Shown one piece after another: positions 33,883 through 45,453 of a DNA stretch of 64,000 nt (position 1 is the stretch's first letter; every line of letters begins with the position of its first letter). The notes under the pieces are model-generated. The model saw only the letters and a program-made list of their open reading frames with translations, was not told the DNA's origin and did no database searches. The stretch is from positions 160,001-224,000 of the forward strand of contig DAHVLZ010000009.1 of assembly GCA_027320085.1 (NCBI GenBank), in the 5' to 3' direction. Made by a program: the position numbers and the translations under genes. The stretch is from Pseudomonadota bacterium (GTDB taxonomy: Bacteria > Pseudomonadota > Gammaproteobacteria > JAKAQQ01).

Positions 33883-34944
33883 ATGCCCGAACCCCGATCG
33901 GTCGTCATTTTACGCCTGTCTGCTATCGGTGATGTCTGTCACATGATCCCGGTTATCCGGACACTCCAGCGCGCCCGACCCGAGTGCCGAATTACCTGGA
34001 TCATCGGACAACGAGAGGCCGCCCTCGTTGACGATCTGCCCGGCATTGAGTTCATCCGCTTCGACAAGCAGGGTGGTTTTGGAAGTTACCGCACACTGGT
34101 CCGTAATCTCAAGGACCGACGTTTTGACATCCTGCTCCACATGCAGAACTCTTGGCGGGCAAACAGCCTGAGTTTGGCACTGCGAGCGGAGACCCGCGTA
34201 GGTTTTTCCAGGAAAGATACCCACGACGCCCAGTGGATCTTCACCAACCGGAAGATTCCTCCCTTGGGCCACGTCCATGTCATGGAATCTTTCTTTGCCT
34301 TCCTTAGGGAAATCGGCATCGACGAAACTTGTCTCGAATGGAACCTGCCCATCCCCCTTGACGCGATGGGGAAGGCCCGCCAGTGGATCCCTGAGGGAGT
34401 ACCGGCACTGGTGGTCAGCCCGTGTGCCACTCCCCGCTTCCGAAATTTTCGTGACTGGCCAGCTGCCCATTACGCGGCCGTGTGCCAGTATGCATCTGAC
34501 CGCCATGGTTTGCGTATCGTCATCACGGGTGGGGCTACCCCACGAGAGTCGCACTACAGCCGAGTAATCCGGGAAAGCACACCCCAAGCCCTCGATCTCA
34601 CCGGGAAGACCAATCTCAAGGATCTTTTGGCTTTGTTGTCTCGGGCCCGAGTCCTGCTCTGTCCTGACTCGGGCCCCGCCCACATGGGGACCGCTGTCGG
34701 TATCCCCGTGGTCGGCCTGTTTGCCTCAACCAATCCAGATCGGGCTCGACCCTACCGGAGCGGTTCCTGGTGTGTCAACCGCTATCCAGATGCCATCGAA
34801 CATTTTCTCCGACGGCAGGTTGACGAGGTCCCCTGGGGGACCCGGGTCCGGCACCCCGGAGCCATGGAGTTGGTGACAGTTCAGGATGTGATCAAGAAGA
34901 TTGACCAGCTCATGGCTGGATCCACGCAGTCTTCCAGTCTGTGA
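33883..34944 (+). CDS. Glycosyltransferase family 9, OpsX-like heptosyltransferase
   Basis: LRLSAIGDVCH, DLTGKTNL, PDSGPAHM. Confidence 0.88.
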   Translation: MPEPRSVVILRLSAIGDVCHMIPVIRTLQRARPECRITWIIGQREAALVDDLPGIEFIRFDKQGGFGSYRTLVRNLKDRRFDILLHMQNSWRANSLSLALRAETRVGFSRKDTHDAQWIFTNRKIPPLGHVHVMESFFAFLREIGIDETCLEWNLPIPLDAMGKARQWIPEGVPALVVSPCATPRFRNFRDWPAAHYAAVCQYASDRHGLRIVITGGATPRESHYSRVIRESTPQALDLTGKTNLKDLLALLSRARVLLCPDSGPAHMGTAVGIPVVGLFASTNPDRARPYRSGSWCVNRYPDAIEHFLRRQVDEVPWGTRVRHPGAMELVTVQDVIKKIDQLMAGSTQSSSL

Positions 34945-35087
34945 ACGACCGGGACCCGGAGGCGGGGGAAGCCCCATCGATCCAGAAGGACCCGTGCTAA
35001 AATGCTGCGGTTCTCATTCCCGTACTGGGACTACCATCCCTGAAACGATGGGGCGCAAACCGGGTAGCCGGGTACAAATGACTGCAG

Positions 35088-35303
35088 ATGAACGCGGACA
35101 AAACCCAATCCAATGCTGAGCGTGTCTATCACGTGCGGATGACCGATCTGCCGGTCAGCTGTCCGCGCGAAGACATGCCTCTCTGGTGCTCCCATCCACG
35201 GGTTTTCCTTCCACTCGCTGCACAGCGGGAGGTGGTCTGCCCTTACTGCAGCGCCCGCTACATTGTGGACGATTTCGAGTCTTCACCGAAGCCAGCCGCA
35301 TGA
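35088..35303 (+). CDS. Zinc-finger (zf-CHCC) domain protein
   Basis: SCP...WCSHPRVFL...CPYC. Confidence 0.85.
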   Translation: MNADKTQSNAERVYHVRMTDLPVSCPREDMPLWCSHPRVFLPLAAQREVVCPYCSARYIVDDFESSPKPAA

Positions 35304-36220
35304 TTGTCATTACGGGAGGCATGGGCTTTATTGGCAGTAACCTGGTTCTTGCACTCAACCAGAGCGGGCATCAGGATCTCTGGGTGGTCGATGACCTCAC
35401 CGACGGAGCCAAATTCAAAAACCTACAAACCGCAGAAATCCAGGATTACTCGCATTACGAGGATTTCTTGGGCCAGCTCGAATCGGGTTCTACCAGCCCA
35501 GAAGCCATCTTCCACCTGGGAGCCTGCTCAGACACCATGGAATGGAATGGGCACCTGATGATGCGGCAGAATTTCGAGTACTCGAAGCGACTTCTTACCT
35601 ATTGCCTGGCGAAGAAAATCCCTTTCATCTACGCCTCCTCCGCTTCGATCTATGGACTTAACCCATCAAGCCAAGAAATACGTAAAAACGAATCACCCTT
35701 GAACCTCTACGCCTACTCCAAAACCCTGTTCGACCAGGTGGTTCGCCGCGTCTTACCTGATGCACATTCCCCGGTCATTGGCCTCCGCTATTTCAACGTC
35801 TACGGTCCCCGCGAGCAGCATAAAGGGAAAATGGCCAGTGTCGTTCTGCATTTCAATGAACAGCTTCTGGCATCCGGGAAAATCAGGCTTTTTGAGGGGA
35901 GCGAGACATTTCGACGCGATTTCATCCATGTCGATGATGCCGTCAAAATCAACCTCTGGTTCCTCGAACATCCTGAAAAAAGCGGAATCTACAATGTAGG
36001 CACTGGTCAAAGCAGGAGCTTTACGGACTTGGCACAGGTGGTCCTGGATTTTCATGGTCGCGGTACGATGGAGTTCGTGCGGTTTCCACCTGAGCTCGCC
36101 GGTCACTATCAAGCTTTCACGCAGGCTGACCTGACCCAGCTTCGCTCTGCTGGATATACAGATCCCTTTATCGATCTCAATGCCGGGGTCCGGCATTATC
36201 TGGCTTGGCTCAACCACTGA
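35300..36220 (+). CDS. rfaD: ADP-L-glycero-D-manno-heptose 6-epimerase
   Basis: TGGMGFIGSN, YAYSK, RYFNVYGPRE..KGKMASV, YQAFTQAD. Confidence 0.95.
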   Translation: MIVITGGMGFIGSNLVLALNQSGHQDLWVVDDLTDGAKFKNLQTAEIQDYSHYEDFLGQLESGSTSPEAIFHLGACSDTMEWNGHLMMRQNFEYSKRLLTYCLAKKIPFIYASSASIYGLNPSSQEIRKNESPLNLYAYSKTLFDQVVRRVLPDAHSPVIGLRYFNVYGPREQHKGKMASVVLHFNEQLLASGKIRLFEGSETFRRDFIHVDDAVKINLWFLEHPEKSGIYNVGTGQSRSFTDLAQVVLDFHGRGTMEFVRFPPELAGHYQAFTQADLTQLRSAGYTDPFIDLNAGVRHYLAWLNH

Positions 36221-37236
36221 GCCGGCGTCCATCCCTGCTCCTGATCGGGCCGAGCTGGGTCGGTGATTTTGTCCAGTGCCAGGCCCTGGTCTCGCTACTC
36301 CAGAAACGACCCGGGACACCCACGATCGACATCGTCCTGCCTTCTTGGACATTTCCCTTGGCTGAACGCCTGCCCGGAATCCGGAAGGCCTATAAACTTC
36401 CCACTTCTCATGGGGAACTCGGGCTTATGAAACGCTGGGCTCTGGCGCGGAAGCTCCGCGAAGCCCAGTATGAAGAGGCCATTGTCATTCCGCGGTCCTG
36501 GAAATCCGCCCTCGTCCCGTACGGAGCGAAAATACCCAAAAGAACGGGATTCTTGGGTGAAAACCGCTACTTCCTGCTGAACGACCACCGACCCAACCCC
36601 GTGCATCATGGGATCCCGTTCCGGGATCAAATCCTGTCCCTGGGCCTGCCACGGTCGGTTCCGCTTCCAGATCCACAGCCGGTTCCCGTTCTGCGGATCA
36701 ATACCGAGAATCGCACCCATCTTGTCAACCGGTTGGATCCTGATGGGACGCAGCGCCGTGTGGCCCTCCTGCCCGGAGCGGAATATGGCCCTGCCAAACG
36801 CTGGCCGGTCGAACACTTCGGTACTCTAGCCTGCCAGTTGCTAGAGGAGGGCCGGTCTGTCTGGATCCTGGGTTCAGCCAAAGACCAGATTTTCGGTAGG
36901 GCGATTGCCCGGCTCGCCCCCGGAGCCAAAAACTTCTGCGGCCTGACTTCGCTGCCCGATGTGGTTGACCTTCTTTCCGCCGTCGATGTCGCCGTCACCA
37001 ATGACTCTGGACTTATGCATGTGGCCGCCGCGGTCGGTATCCCGCTGGTCTGTCTCTACGGCTCGTCGTCTCCCCGCTACACTCCTCCTGCCAGTGCCCG
37101 TGCCCTCCTGCTTAGCATCAATCTCCAGTGCAGTCCATGCTATGCACGCGAGTGCCCATTGGGACACCTGCGCTGCCTGCGGGATTTGTCCGTGGATCGG
37201 GTTTCCGCTGCCTTGCGGGAACTCCTGCCGGCCTAG
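36205..37236 (+). CDS. waaF: LPS heptosyltransferase II
   Basis: GPSWVGD, PGAEYGPAKRWP, NDSGLMH, CSPC..RECPLGH. Confidence 0.93.
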   Translation: MAQPLSRRPSLLLIGPSWVGDFVQCQALVSLLQKRPGTPTIDIVLPSWTFPLAERLPGIRKAYKLPTSHGELGLMKRWALARKLREAQYEEAIVIPRSWKSALVPYGAKIPKRTGFLGENRYFLLNDHRPNPVHHGIPFRDQILSLGLPRSVPLPDPQPVPVLRINTENRTHLVNRLDPDGTQRRVALLPGAEYGPAKRWPVEHFGTLACQLLEEGRSVWILGSAKDQIFGRAIARLAPGAKNFCGLTSLPDVVDLLSAVDVAVTNDSGLMHVAAAVGIPLVCLYGSSSPRYTPPASARALLLSINLQCSPCYARECPLGHLRCLRDLSVDRVSAALRELLPA

Positions 37237-37438
37237 CGGAAGTGCCCAGACGGCACCCACAACTCGGGGTCCGACTAATTCGGCATCGAAAGGGCTTTTA
37301 CGAGCAAAGATACGGACCAGAAGCCGCGCTGGACTCCCGCCTGGAACCAGCAGATCATCCGACTGGCTCTGGAGAGGCAGAACCTAACCGGGCCATGCTA
37401 GTCTAGTAGCGTTCCCACCGGTCGCAGCTTTCCCCCTG

Positions 37439-38512
37439 ATGTCCATCCGCCGACAATTCGTCTGGGGTTTCTGCCTTATAGCGGGCATCGGGGCCCTGCT
37501 GTTGCATTACCTTGGAAGCATCCTAGTTCCTTTTGCTGTGGCCGCGCTTCTGGCCTACTTGGCGAACCCGGCCGTCGACAGGATGTCCCGGCACCACATC
37601 CCGCGTTCCGTGGGCACCATGGTGAGCTTTATCGTCATTTTCTTGGCGGGAACCGGGCTGGTCCTATTGGTCATCCCAATCATCGAGCAGGAAGGCATTG
37701 AACTGATCCGCGCACTGGCAAATTACCTGCCTGTCTGGAACACAGCTGCGGTGCCGTGGATCCGGACCCATCTCGGTGTCGATGTTTCCTCCTTTTCCCA
37801 CATCATCCAGAGTCTCAAACTGCATCTGCGTTCGCTCCCCGGCCTGACCCGACCCATTTTCGACTGGATCAGCCGATCAGGAGCCTTTCTGGCGAACGTC
37901 CTGTTTGACCTCCTACTAGTCCCGATTCTCACGTTTTATCTCCTGCGCGATTGGAACCTGCTCCTCGCCAAAGCGCCTGGTCTCGTCCCACCCTTCTACC
38001 GCCCCACCCTGATTAAGACCACCCGAGAGGTCAATCGGGTTTTGGGCGCCTTCTTTCGCGGTCAGCTCCTTGTCATGGTCGCACTGGCGATCAGCTATAC
38101 GATCGGGCTCACGATCGCTGGACTCCATGTCGCCCTACTGGTTGGCTGCTTTGCAGGACTGATGAGCTTTGTTCCCTACCTCGGGTTTTTCAGTGGCCTC
38201 CTGGTGGCCTGCGTGGCAATGGTGATCCAGGGCGGTGGAGGAATGGGCTTGCTCGCTGTCCTGATCGTCTTTGCCGTGGGGGAAGGGCTCGAAAGCTTCG
38301 TGTACATCCCCTGGTTCATCGGCGGACGGACCCACCTGCATCCCGTGGCCGTGATCTTTGCCATCCTGGCAGGAGGCGCCCTCTTCGGCTTTGTCGGCGT
38401 GCTTCTTGCGGTCCCCGTGGCTGCAGTAGGGCAGGTCCTGTTGCACGAGACCCTTGCCCGGGTTTATGGGGATCCGGACTCCGGGATCCCAGCATCCTCT
38501 CCGGGCGAATGA
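37439..38512 (+). CDS. AI-2E family transporter
   Basis: LAYLANP, FYLLRDW, FRGQL, VPYLG, LHPVAVIFAIL. Confidence 0.9.
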   Translation: MSIRRQFVWGFCLIAGIGALLLHYLGSILVPFAVAALLAYLANPAVDRMSRHHIPRSVGTMVSFIVIFLAGTGLVLLVIPIIEQEGIELIRALANYLPVWNTAAVPWIRTHLGVDVSSFSHIIQSLKLHLRSLPGLTRPIFDWISRSGAFLANVLFDLLLVPILTFYLLRDWNLLLAKAPGLVPPFYRPTLIKTTREVNRVLGAFFRGQLLVMVALAISYTIGLTIAGLHVALLVGCFAGLMSFVPYLGFFSGLLVACVAMVIQGGGGMGLLAVLIVFAVGEGLESFVYIPWFIGGRTHLHPVAVIFAILAGGALFGFVGVLLAVPVAAVGQVLLHETLARVYGDPDSGIPASSPGE

Positions 38513-38554
38513 GGGGAAACAGGAATCTCGCGGCTGGATACAGATCAGCCTCCC

Positions 38555-38730
38555 TCATACGTACACGTACATAGACCCCTCAGCGCAGGCCAGCGGACCC
38601 TTTTCCGCGGCTCCAGCCCACTGATGAATTGGTGAGAGTTGCCGAGCGATTGATCGGAGCGAGGTGCCCCGACTGCGCAGCACAGCGATTCCGTTTCGAT
38701 CAAGTATTGAGAGCTGGCTGTAGTGTTCGG
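38555..38730 (-). pseudogene. IS30 family transposase fragment
   Basis: HYSQLSILDR..GTSLRSIARQL resembles the IS30 N-terminal HTH; MYVY resembles the later IYxY motif; heavily deleted. Confidence 0.55.
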
Positions 38731-39118
38731 CTAGGATGGGTTTTGTGCGGAAAGATTGTCGCCACACTTTACACATGCGAAGCTTGACTGTCCAAGCCGA
38801 ATCCTGGATGCAGTATCAGCCACCTTTGTTTCCGATGAGTTGTTGGCCGTTCAATTTTGTGTTGTCGGTACAGCCTGCGTCTGCATTGTGCCTTTTGCTA
38901 AGGAATCTGCTGGGCGGATCAAACTTAGTTGCGTATTCCGCGCAAGCACCTTGTTTTTAGCTAGCCCCAACACTACAAGAGCAGCCAACCAGCGTAACCA
39001 AGAGAGACATGATCGAGACTCTAAAGGAAGACTCCACCGCGGTGGGATCCCGATTCCTGGCCAGAAACCGGATTCGATTGGGGCAATCAGCCATTCTTCA
39101 TATGTGTACCAACACGGG

Positions 39119-40082
39119 ATCGGGTAGGGTGGTGAGCTTGCGCTCACCACCCCATCCTGCATCATCCCGGCTGTCAGGAACCGGCGGATGAGCTTGAGCA
39201 CTCGTGCATCGCTAACCTGACGTGCCACCCGTGCCATCACTACATCGTGATTCACCCGATCGAAGAACTTCTCCAGATCAAGATCGACCACCCAGTACTT
39301 GCCGGATCAGCCGGTCCAGTACCGTGGGCACTCCGAGTGTACGAACCCCGCCCGAGGGCTTGGGAATGTCCACCCGGCGCACCGGATACGGCAGGTACCG
39401 TCCCTCCAGCCACGATTGCCTCACCCTCGGCCGGTGCACCTTGAGCCAGTCTGTGAACTCGGCGACCGACCCCCGGGGCACCTTTGTTCTTGACTACTCG
39501 CTGGCACGCCAGCCGCAAGTTGCTGCGTTCAACCACCCGCTCCAGCAGGTGGTCCTCCGATTTCGTTCGCCCGGGTGCCGCCGCGCGTACCTCAGTACCG
39601 AGTGCCGGGCGCTGGACTTCCGCCCCGCACCTTGCCTCTCGGTCCCCCCCGCGGGGGTTTCTGCCTCACCGGTTCGCTTCGAGATCACCCGTCCTACTCC
39701 CGGCGTCGTTGTTCGGCCCTTCGACATGACTGCCTACTATGGCCTCCGCTGACTTCTGGCGATGCCTCCCAAGACCTCTCGATCCCCGTAGCACAGCGGT
39801 ACACCGCCAGATCTCCCCGGGTATTGCGCACCCTCTTTCACGCTGATGCCTGTCGGATCCACGCCACACCGTTCCGTGCAGGTATCAGGCTTCGATGATC
39901 TTTGCCATCTCACCCCGATGCGTCGCCTCTATCCGTTTCCGGTTCGTCAGGCCAGCGCTTTGCCTCCGGCTTCCTTCAGACTCCCGGTCGCCCAAGAAGC
40001 CCTTGCCGTGCAGCTACCACTTCCCCTTGCCGGGTGGGTAGAGGACTTCCACCTCCCAGAGAGTGCGCCCTGCCGGGCGTAC
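39119..40082 (-). mobile_element. Class IIC group II intron, internally deleted
   Basis: 5' end GTACGCCCGGCA directly after the groEL terminator; conserved AGAAGTCAGC and GAAGGGCCGAAC; 3' domain 6 hairpin ending CTACCCGAT. Confidence 0.85.
39140..39560 (-). pseudogene. Group II intron reverse transcriptase/maturase fragments
   Basis: VVKNKGAPG, VRRVDIPKPSGGVRTLGVPTVLDRLI and DLDLEKFFDRVNHD lie in different frames; no YADD. Confidence 0.9.
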
Positions 40083-40115
40083 AAAAAGAAACCCCCGTTT
40101 TTAGCGGGGGCTTCT
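40083..40115 (-). terminator. groESL intrinsic terminator
   Basis: Minus strand AGAAGCCCCCG-loop-CGGGGGTTTCT followed by Ts. Confidence 0.85.
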
Positions 40116-40139
40116 GGCTTACGAAGGTGCGGATGCGGA

Positions 40140-41795
<1,656 letters not shown>

Positions 41796-41848
41796 TCAGT
41801 ATCAATCGGTTGAAATAGGGTTTTGAGAAGGTGATGGATTGGACAGGC

Positions 41849-42142
41849 TTACTTGCTTTCGATCACGGCCATGATGTCTTCTTCGCGCATGACGAGCAGC
41901 TCCTCGCCATCTACTTTGACCTCAGTGCCGGAATATTTGCCAAACAGAACCGTTTCACCGACCTTGATGTCCATTGGTCGGACGTCTCCGTTTTCGAGAA
42001 TTTTTCCCTTTCCGACCGCAAGGATCTTTCCGCGAATCGGCTTTTCAGTGGCGGTATCCGGAATGACGATACCCCCGGGCGAAGTCCGCTCTTCTTCCAA
42101 ACGCTTCACAATAACCCGATCATGTAGTGGCCGGAGTTTCAT
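41849..42142 (-). CDS. groS: Co-chaperonin GroES
   Basis: [25 protein letters not shown]. Confidence 0.99.
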   Translation of the reverse strand: MKLRPLHDRVIVKRLEEERTSPGGIVIPDTATEKPIRGKILAVGKGKILENGDVRPMDIKVGETVLFGKYSGTEVKVDGEELLVMREEDIMAVIESK

Positions 42143-42196
42143 CGCTGGCATCTCCTCAATGAATGGTCTTAGCTGAACTGAACGGCCGCGCTTTTA

Positions 42197-42223
42197 TTAG
42201 CACTCGGCCTTAATGAGTGCTAT
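42197..42223. promoter_or_regulatory. CIRCE element (HrcA operator)
   Basis: TTAGCACTC-N9-GAGTGCTAT, one mismatch from consensus, upstream of groES. Confidence 0.92.
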
Positions 42224-42251
42224 TTTAGGGACCGGCCAAGTGAATTTCAAG
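42224..42251 (-). promoter_or_regulatory. sigma32-type promoter of groESL
   Basis: Minus strand CTTGAAA-N14-CCCTAAA. Confidence 0.65.
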
Positions 42252-42488
42252 TAGGAACCTTGGTTTGGTCAAAAAAAGCCCACGAGCGATCAATATATGT
42301 CTATCGAATCTATCTATTTGAAAAATTAAATATTTTTATTCATTCGTGCTCGCGAAATTTAAGGGCCTGAGCTACCGTCCGACTAACTCACACATAAAAC
42401 AAATTTGAGCATTAAATACTCAATTCTCCCCCGGTTGGCATCGGCCGGAACCCGGATCATGTAAAAAACCTGACCAGGGGGGACCGGG

Positions 42489-44180
42489 ATGAAATACGAA
42501 TCGTGGAAACATGGCGGGCTGGATGCTCTTGCCGTGTCCTCCGGCCTCCTCTTGGGATGGGCCGTATGGCAGCCCGGAGGTCTCTCTTGGTCCTGGCTGA
42601 TCGTCCTCGCCATTTGGACTGGCTGTTCAACCCAAACCCGTCGGCTTTTTCTCATCTGGTTTGGCTACTATCTCGGCGCCTTGCGTCTACCGCTGGACAG
42701 CCTGCGTGATTATTACCCCACGCCCCAAGGCTTGTGGATCGCGCTTTTGGCACAGTTTGTCCTCGCGTTGCTCCTGGCCGGTCCGTTTGTCCTATGCGCA
42801 ACACCTCGCTTCCGAAGTCCCTTCCGGGCGGCTCTAGCTGCCTGCTTCGGCCTGCTCACCTCGGCGCTACCCCCACTCGGCAGTGTCGGTCTCGCCTCTC
42901 CATTTTTCGGGGCCAGTTCTTTCTTCCCCGGCTGCGGAATTTTGGGCCTTCTCGCTTTTCTAGGTATTTTTGCTCTCCTTGTGGCAACGACTCGAGCATT
43001 ACCGCGGGAAAGAAAAAAAGAGATCTTAAACGCATCTCAAGCCATCGTCCTCGCCGGAGCCCTAGTGCAACCGTTATTGGGAATCACACCCAAAGGGCTT
43101 GGACTTTACTGCCCTCGGTCGGTTTCCTGTCCGAGCAAGACTGTCGTGCCCATCTCCTATCCCTTTGGCCCCACAGTCAAATCGTGGTCATCATTCTTGC
43201 GCAGAGCCCGCCTGATCACGCATCTGGCCCAAGACGCGCTCCAGACTGCTCCTCAAGCACGCCTGCTCCTTTTCCCGGAGGCGGTAGCAGGACCATTCAA
43301 TCACGCTTTTTTACCCCTCTATCAAAGACTAAACACCCTAGCCCGAGAACAGGGCGTCATTGTGGCGTTGGGAAGTACTGTCCCTTGGCAATCTCGACAC
43401 GGGACAAGCTGGAGCGATGGGCTTGTTTTTCTCGGTAAGGCTCAGGGTGAACTTATTGCTCGGCAACCGGCTCCGCTGGTCGAATGGGCACCCTGGAGGT
43501 CACTTCTGAATCGCACGACTCCCACCATGCCTGCCTTCTGGTGGTGGCACATGAGTGGACGCTCGAAATCCAACCGGATCCGCCGCGATGACATCCAGTT
43601 TGGGACCCATCGCTGGGCAGCCCTCATCTGCTATGAACAGGCATTAGTCTGGCCCATCTTGTGGACGATATTTCATCATCAGCCCACATTGCTTCTGGCA
43701 CCTGAAAGCGTACATTGGGAAAGGAAACGATCGATTGGCATGCTGGAAGAGCGAATGGCTCATGCTTGGGGCCGACTTTATGCCCTCCCAGTTGCAATTG
43801 CAACGAACCTTCCTCCACACAGGCCATCAGGTGAATCAGGGTTTCTCTACCCCACAGGCACCGGTTCGAGGCTTTCCAGCAAACGATCAGGTCCTCTTGC
43901 TATAATCCCAACCGGTAGCCGGAAGGCTACCGGTTGGCTGTGGAGTCAAAGGTTCGAGACCCTCAATCCGGTATGGAGCAGGAACATCATGAGCAGTTCC
44001 CATGCGCTCTTCCGTGCCTCGGGCAAACAAGGCGGTTACCGCTGCGTTTTTTCCGGCCCCAGGATCATGATCCATGTCTCCACGAATCCCCTGGCTCGGT
44101 TATGCCGACCCAAAATGGGTTGGCGTTGCCTTGACCTTTCTAATGACCATGGAGATCTGTCTCATGAAAATCCCGCCTGA
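42489..44180 (+). CDS. Membrane carbon-nitrogen hydrolase (Lnt-like), rhizobial conjugal transfer TraB-like
   Basis: Multi-TM N-terminus with GYYLG and ALPPLG..G.ASP; FPE, LICYEQALVWP, AWGRLYALP; last ~120 aa look non-conserved. Confidence 0.7.
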   Translation: MKYESWKHGGLDALAVSSGLLLGWAVWQPGGLSWSWLIVLAIWTGCSTQTRRLFLIWFGYYLGALRLPLDSLRDYYPTPQGLWIALLAQFVLALLLAGPFVLCATPRFRSPFRAALAACFGLLTSALPPLGSVGLASPFFGASSFFPGCGILGLLAFLGIFALLVATTRALPRERKKEILNASQAIVLAGALVQPLLGITPKGLGLYCPRSVSCPSKTVVPISYPFGPTVKSWSSFLRRARLITHLAQDALQTAPQARLLLFPEAVAGPFNHAFLPLYQRLNTLAREQGVIVALGSTVPWQSRHGTSWSDGLVFLGKAQGELIARQPAPLVEWAPWRSLLNRTTPTMPAFWWWHMSGRSKSNRIRRDDIQFGTHRWAALICYEQALVWPILWTIFHHQPTLLLAPESVHWERKRSIGMLEERMAHAWGRLYALPVAIATNLPPHRPSGESGFLYPTGTGSRLSSKRSGPLAIIPTGSRKATGWLWSQRFETLNPVWSRNIMSSSHALFRASGKQGGYRCVFSGPRIMIHVSTNPLARLCRPKMGWRCLDLSNDHGDLSHENPA

Positions 44181-44736
44181 TGATTTTGAAATCAAGCCCA
44201 TCCGCGGCAAGCTGCGTCTGAACGGAATGGCCCTGGTCCTTGCGGAACGCCTAGTTTGTTGTGGTGCACGCCCCTCATTCGTCAAGCAGTTCGTACCGCT
44301 TTCAGATCGGGCCATTCGTCAGATGTACCGAAGTATCTGGGACCGACCCTCCCCACGAGGCCGGCACCGGCAAAATATCGAGGACTGGTGGGTTGGAGGG
44401 GGATGGTCGAGGCGCCTATCCGGCGGCTTGTTTTATACCATCCATTGTTTTTACCCGAGCGGTGAACAGGACATATTTTGGAATTTTGTATCCTCTTTCC
44501 AGTCTTATGCTAAACGCTGCCAAACGCTCGGGATCGAGTGCGCCGACATTGAGATGTGCTGGAACCTTCTAACTAAGATCAAAGCCCGGGAACTGGTCGT
44601 TAAACGCTGCCCCGAGTGCCTCACTCTTTTCATTGCGCTTCCACTGACCTTCTCCCGCCAGAAAAAAACCTGCCTGTACTGCCTGCGAGAGCGAAAAAAT
44701 CGGGGGCGCAGTGAGGGCGGAACAGAAAACACCTGA
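44164..44736 (+). CDS. FlhC family transcriptional regulator (FlhC/SetC/AcaC-like)
   Basis: AERLVCCGAR, LSDRAIRQMYR, PSPRGR parallel FlhC; Zn ligands CPEC..CLYC; RBS GGAG. Confidence 0.75.
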   Translation: MKIPPDDFEIKPIRGKLRLNGMALVLAERLVCCGARPSFVKQFVPLSDRAIRQMYRSIWDRPSPRGRHRQNIEDWWVGGGWSRRLSGGLFYTIHCFYPSGEQDIFWNFVSSFQSYAKRCQTLGIECADIEMCWNLLTKIKARELVVKRCPECLTLFIALPLTFSRQKKTCLYCLRERKNRGRSEGGTENT

Positions 44737-44742
44737 GACTGG

Positions 44743-45339
44743 TCAGGAACTGGGGACGGAGGGCTCAAAGGAAGTGATTCCGTCCTTCAGAATTTTATGG
44801 AGTCTGGGCCAATCAAAGGCGGGGCCAGGATCGGTCTTGCGCCCGGGGGCAATTTCCGAGTGGCCCACCACGTCTCCAGCAGCCAAGGAGGGATAGACAT
44901 CCCACAGCGCTCGGATCGAGACCGCAAGACTCTGGTACTGGTCCGGTTCATACGCTTGTTCGTCGGTTCCTTCGAGTTCAATGCCGATCGAGAAATCGTT
45001 GCACTGTTCACGTCCCTTCCAGCAGGAAGCGCCCGCGTGCCATGCCCGCTCCACGAATGGAACGTATTGGACAATCCGACCACGACGATCGATGAACAGA
45101 TGGGCTGATACCCGGAGCCCGGAAACGGATCTGAGCACAGGATCTGGATGGTTTTCAGGAATTCGATTCATGAAGAGGGCTTCCACCCTGTCAGTACCAA
45201 AAACGCCAGGTGGAAGGCTGATTCCGTGGACCACGATCAGATCCAGACTGACCCCGGAAGGGCGAGTATCCCGGTTGGGCGACCAGCAGTGCTGTGCTGG
45301 CAGGAAAATGCCCCTCATCGGGTCAATCATTGAAAACAT
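44743..45339 (-). CDS. ampD: 1,6-anhydro-N-acetylmuramyl-L-alanine amidase
   Basis: HGISLPPG, RAWHAG, CNDFSIGIELEG, GHSEIAPGRKTDPG. Confidence 0.96.
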   Translation of the reverse strand: MFSMIDPMRGIFLPAQHCWSPNRDTRPSGVSLDLIVVHGISLPPGVFGTDRVEALFMNRIPENHPDPVLRSVSGLRVSAHLFIDRRGRIVQYVPFVERAWHAGASCWKGREQCNDFSIGIELEGTDEQAYEPDQYQSLAVSIRALWDVYPSLAAGDVVGHSEIAPGRKTDPGPAFDWPRLHKILKDGITSFEPSVPSS

Positions 45340-45453
45340 GAAAATCCTCTCTGCCAGCAGGATACCGCCCGAATCTCATTGTAACCAACGAGCCCATCAG
45401 GAACTTCCGTGTCGCTTAGAATGATCCTTACCCCGAATCGTTGCGGAACGCCC

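Noticed and set aside
39100-39118. GTTGGTAC then ATG after the intron 3' end, suggesting an attC cassette
   Set aside because: No matching RYYYAAC inverse core or attC hairpin seen; the intron target is explained by the terminator.
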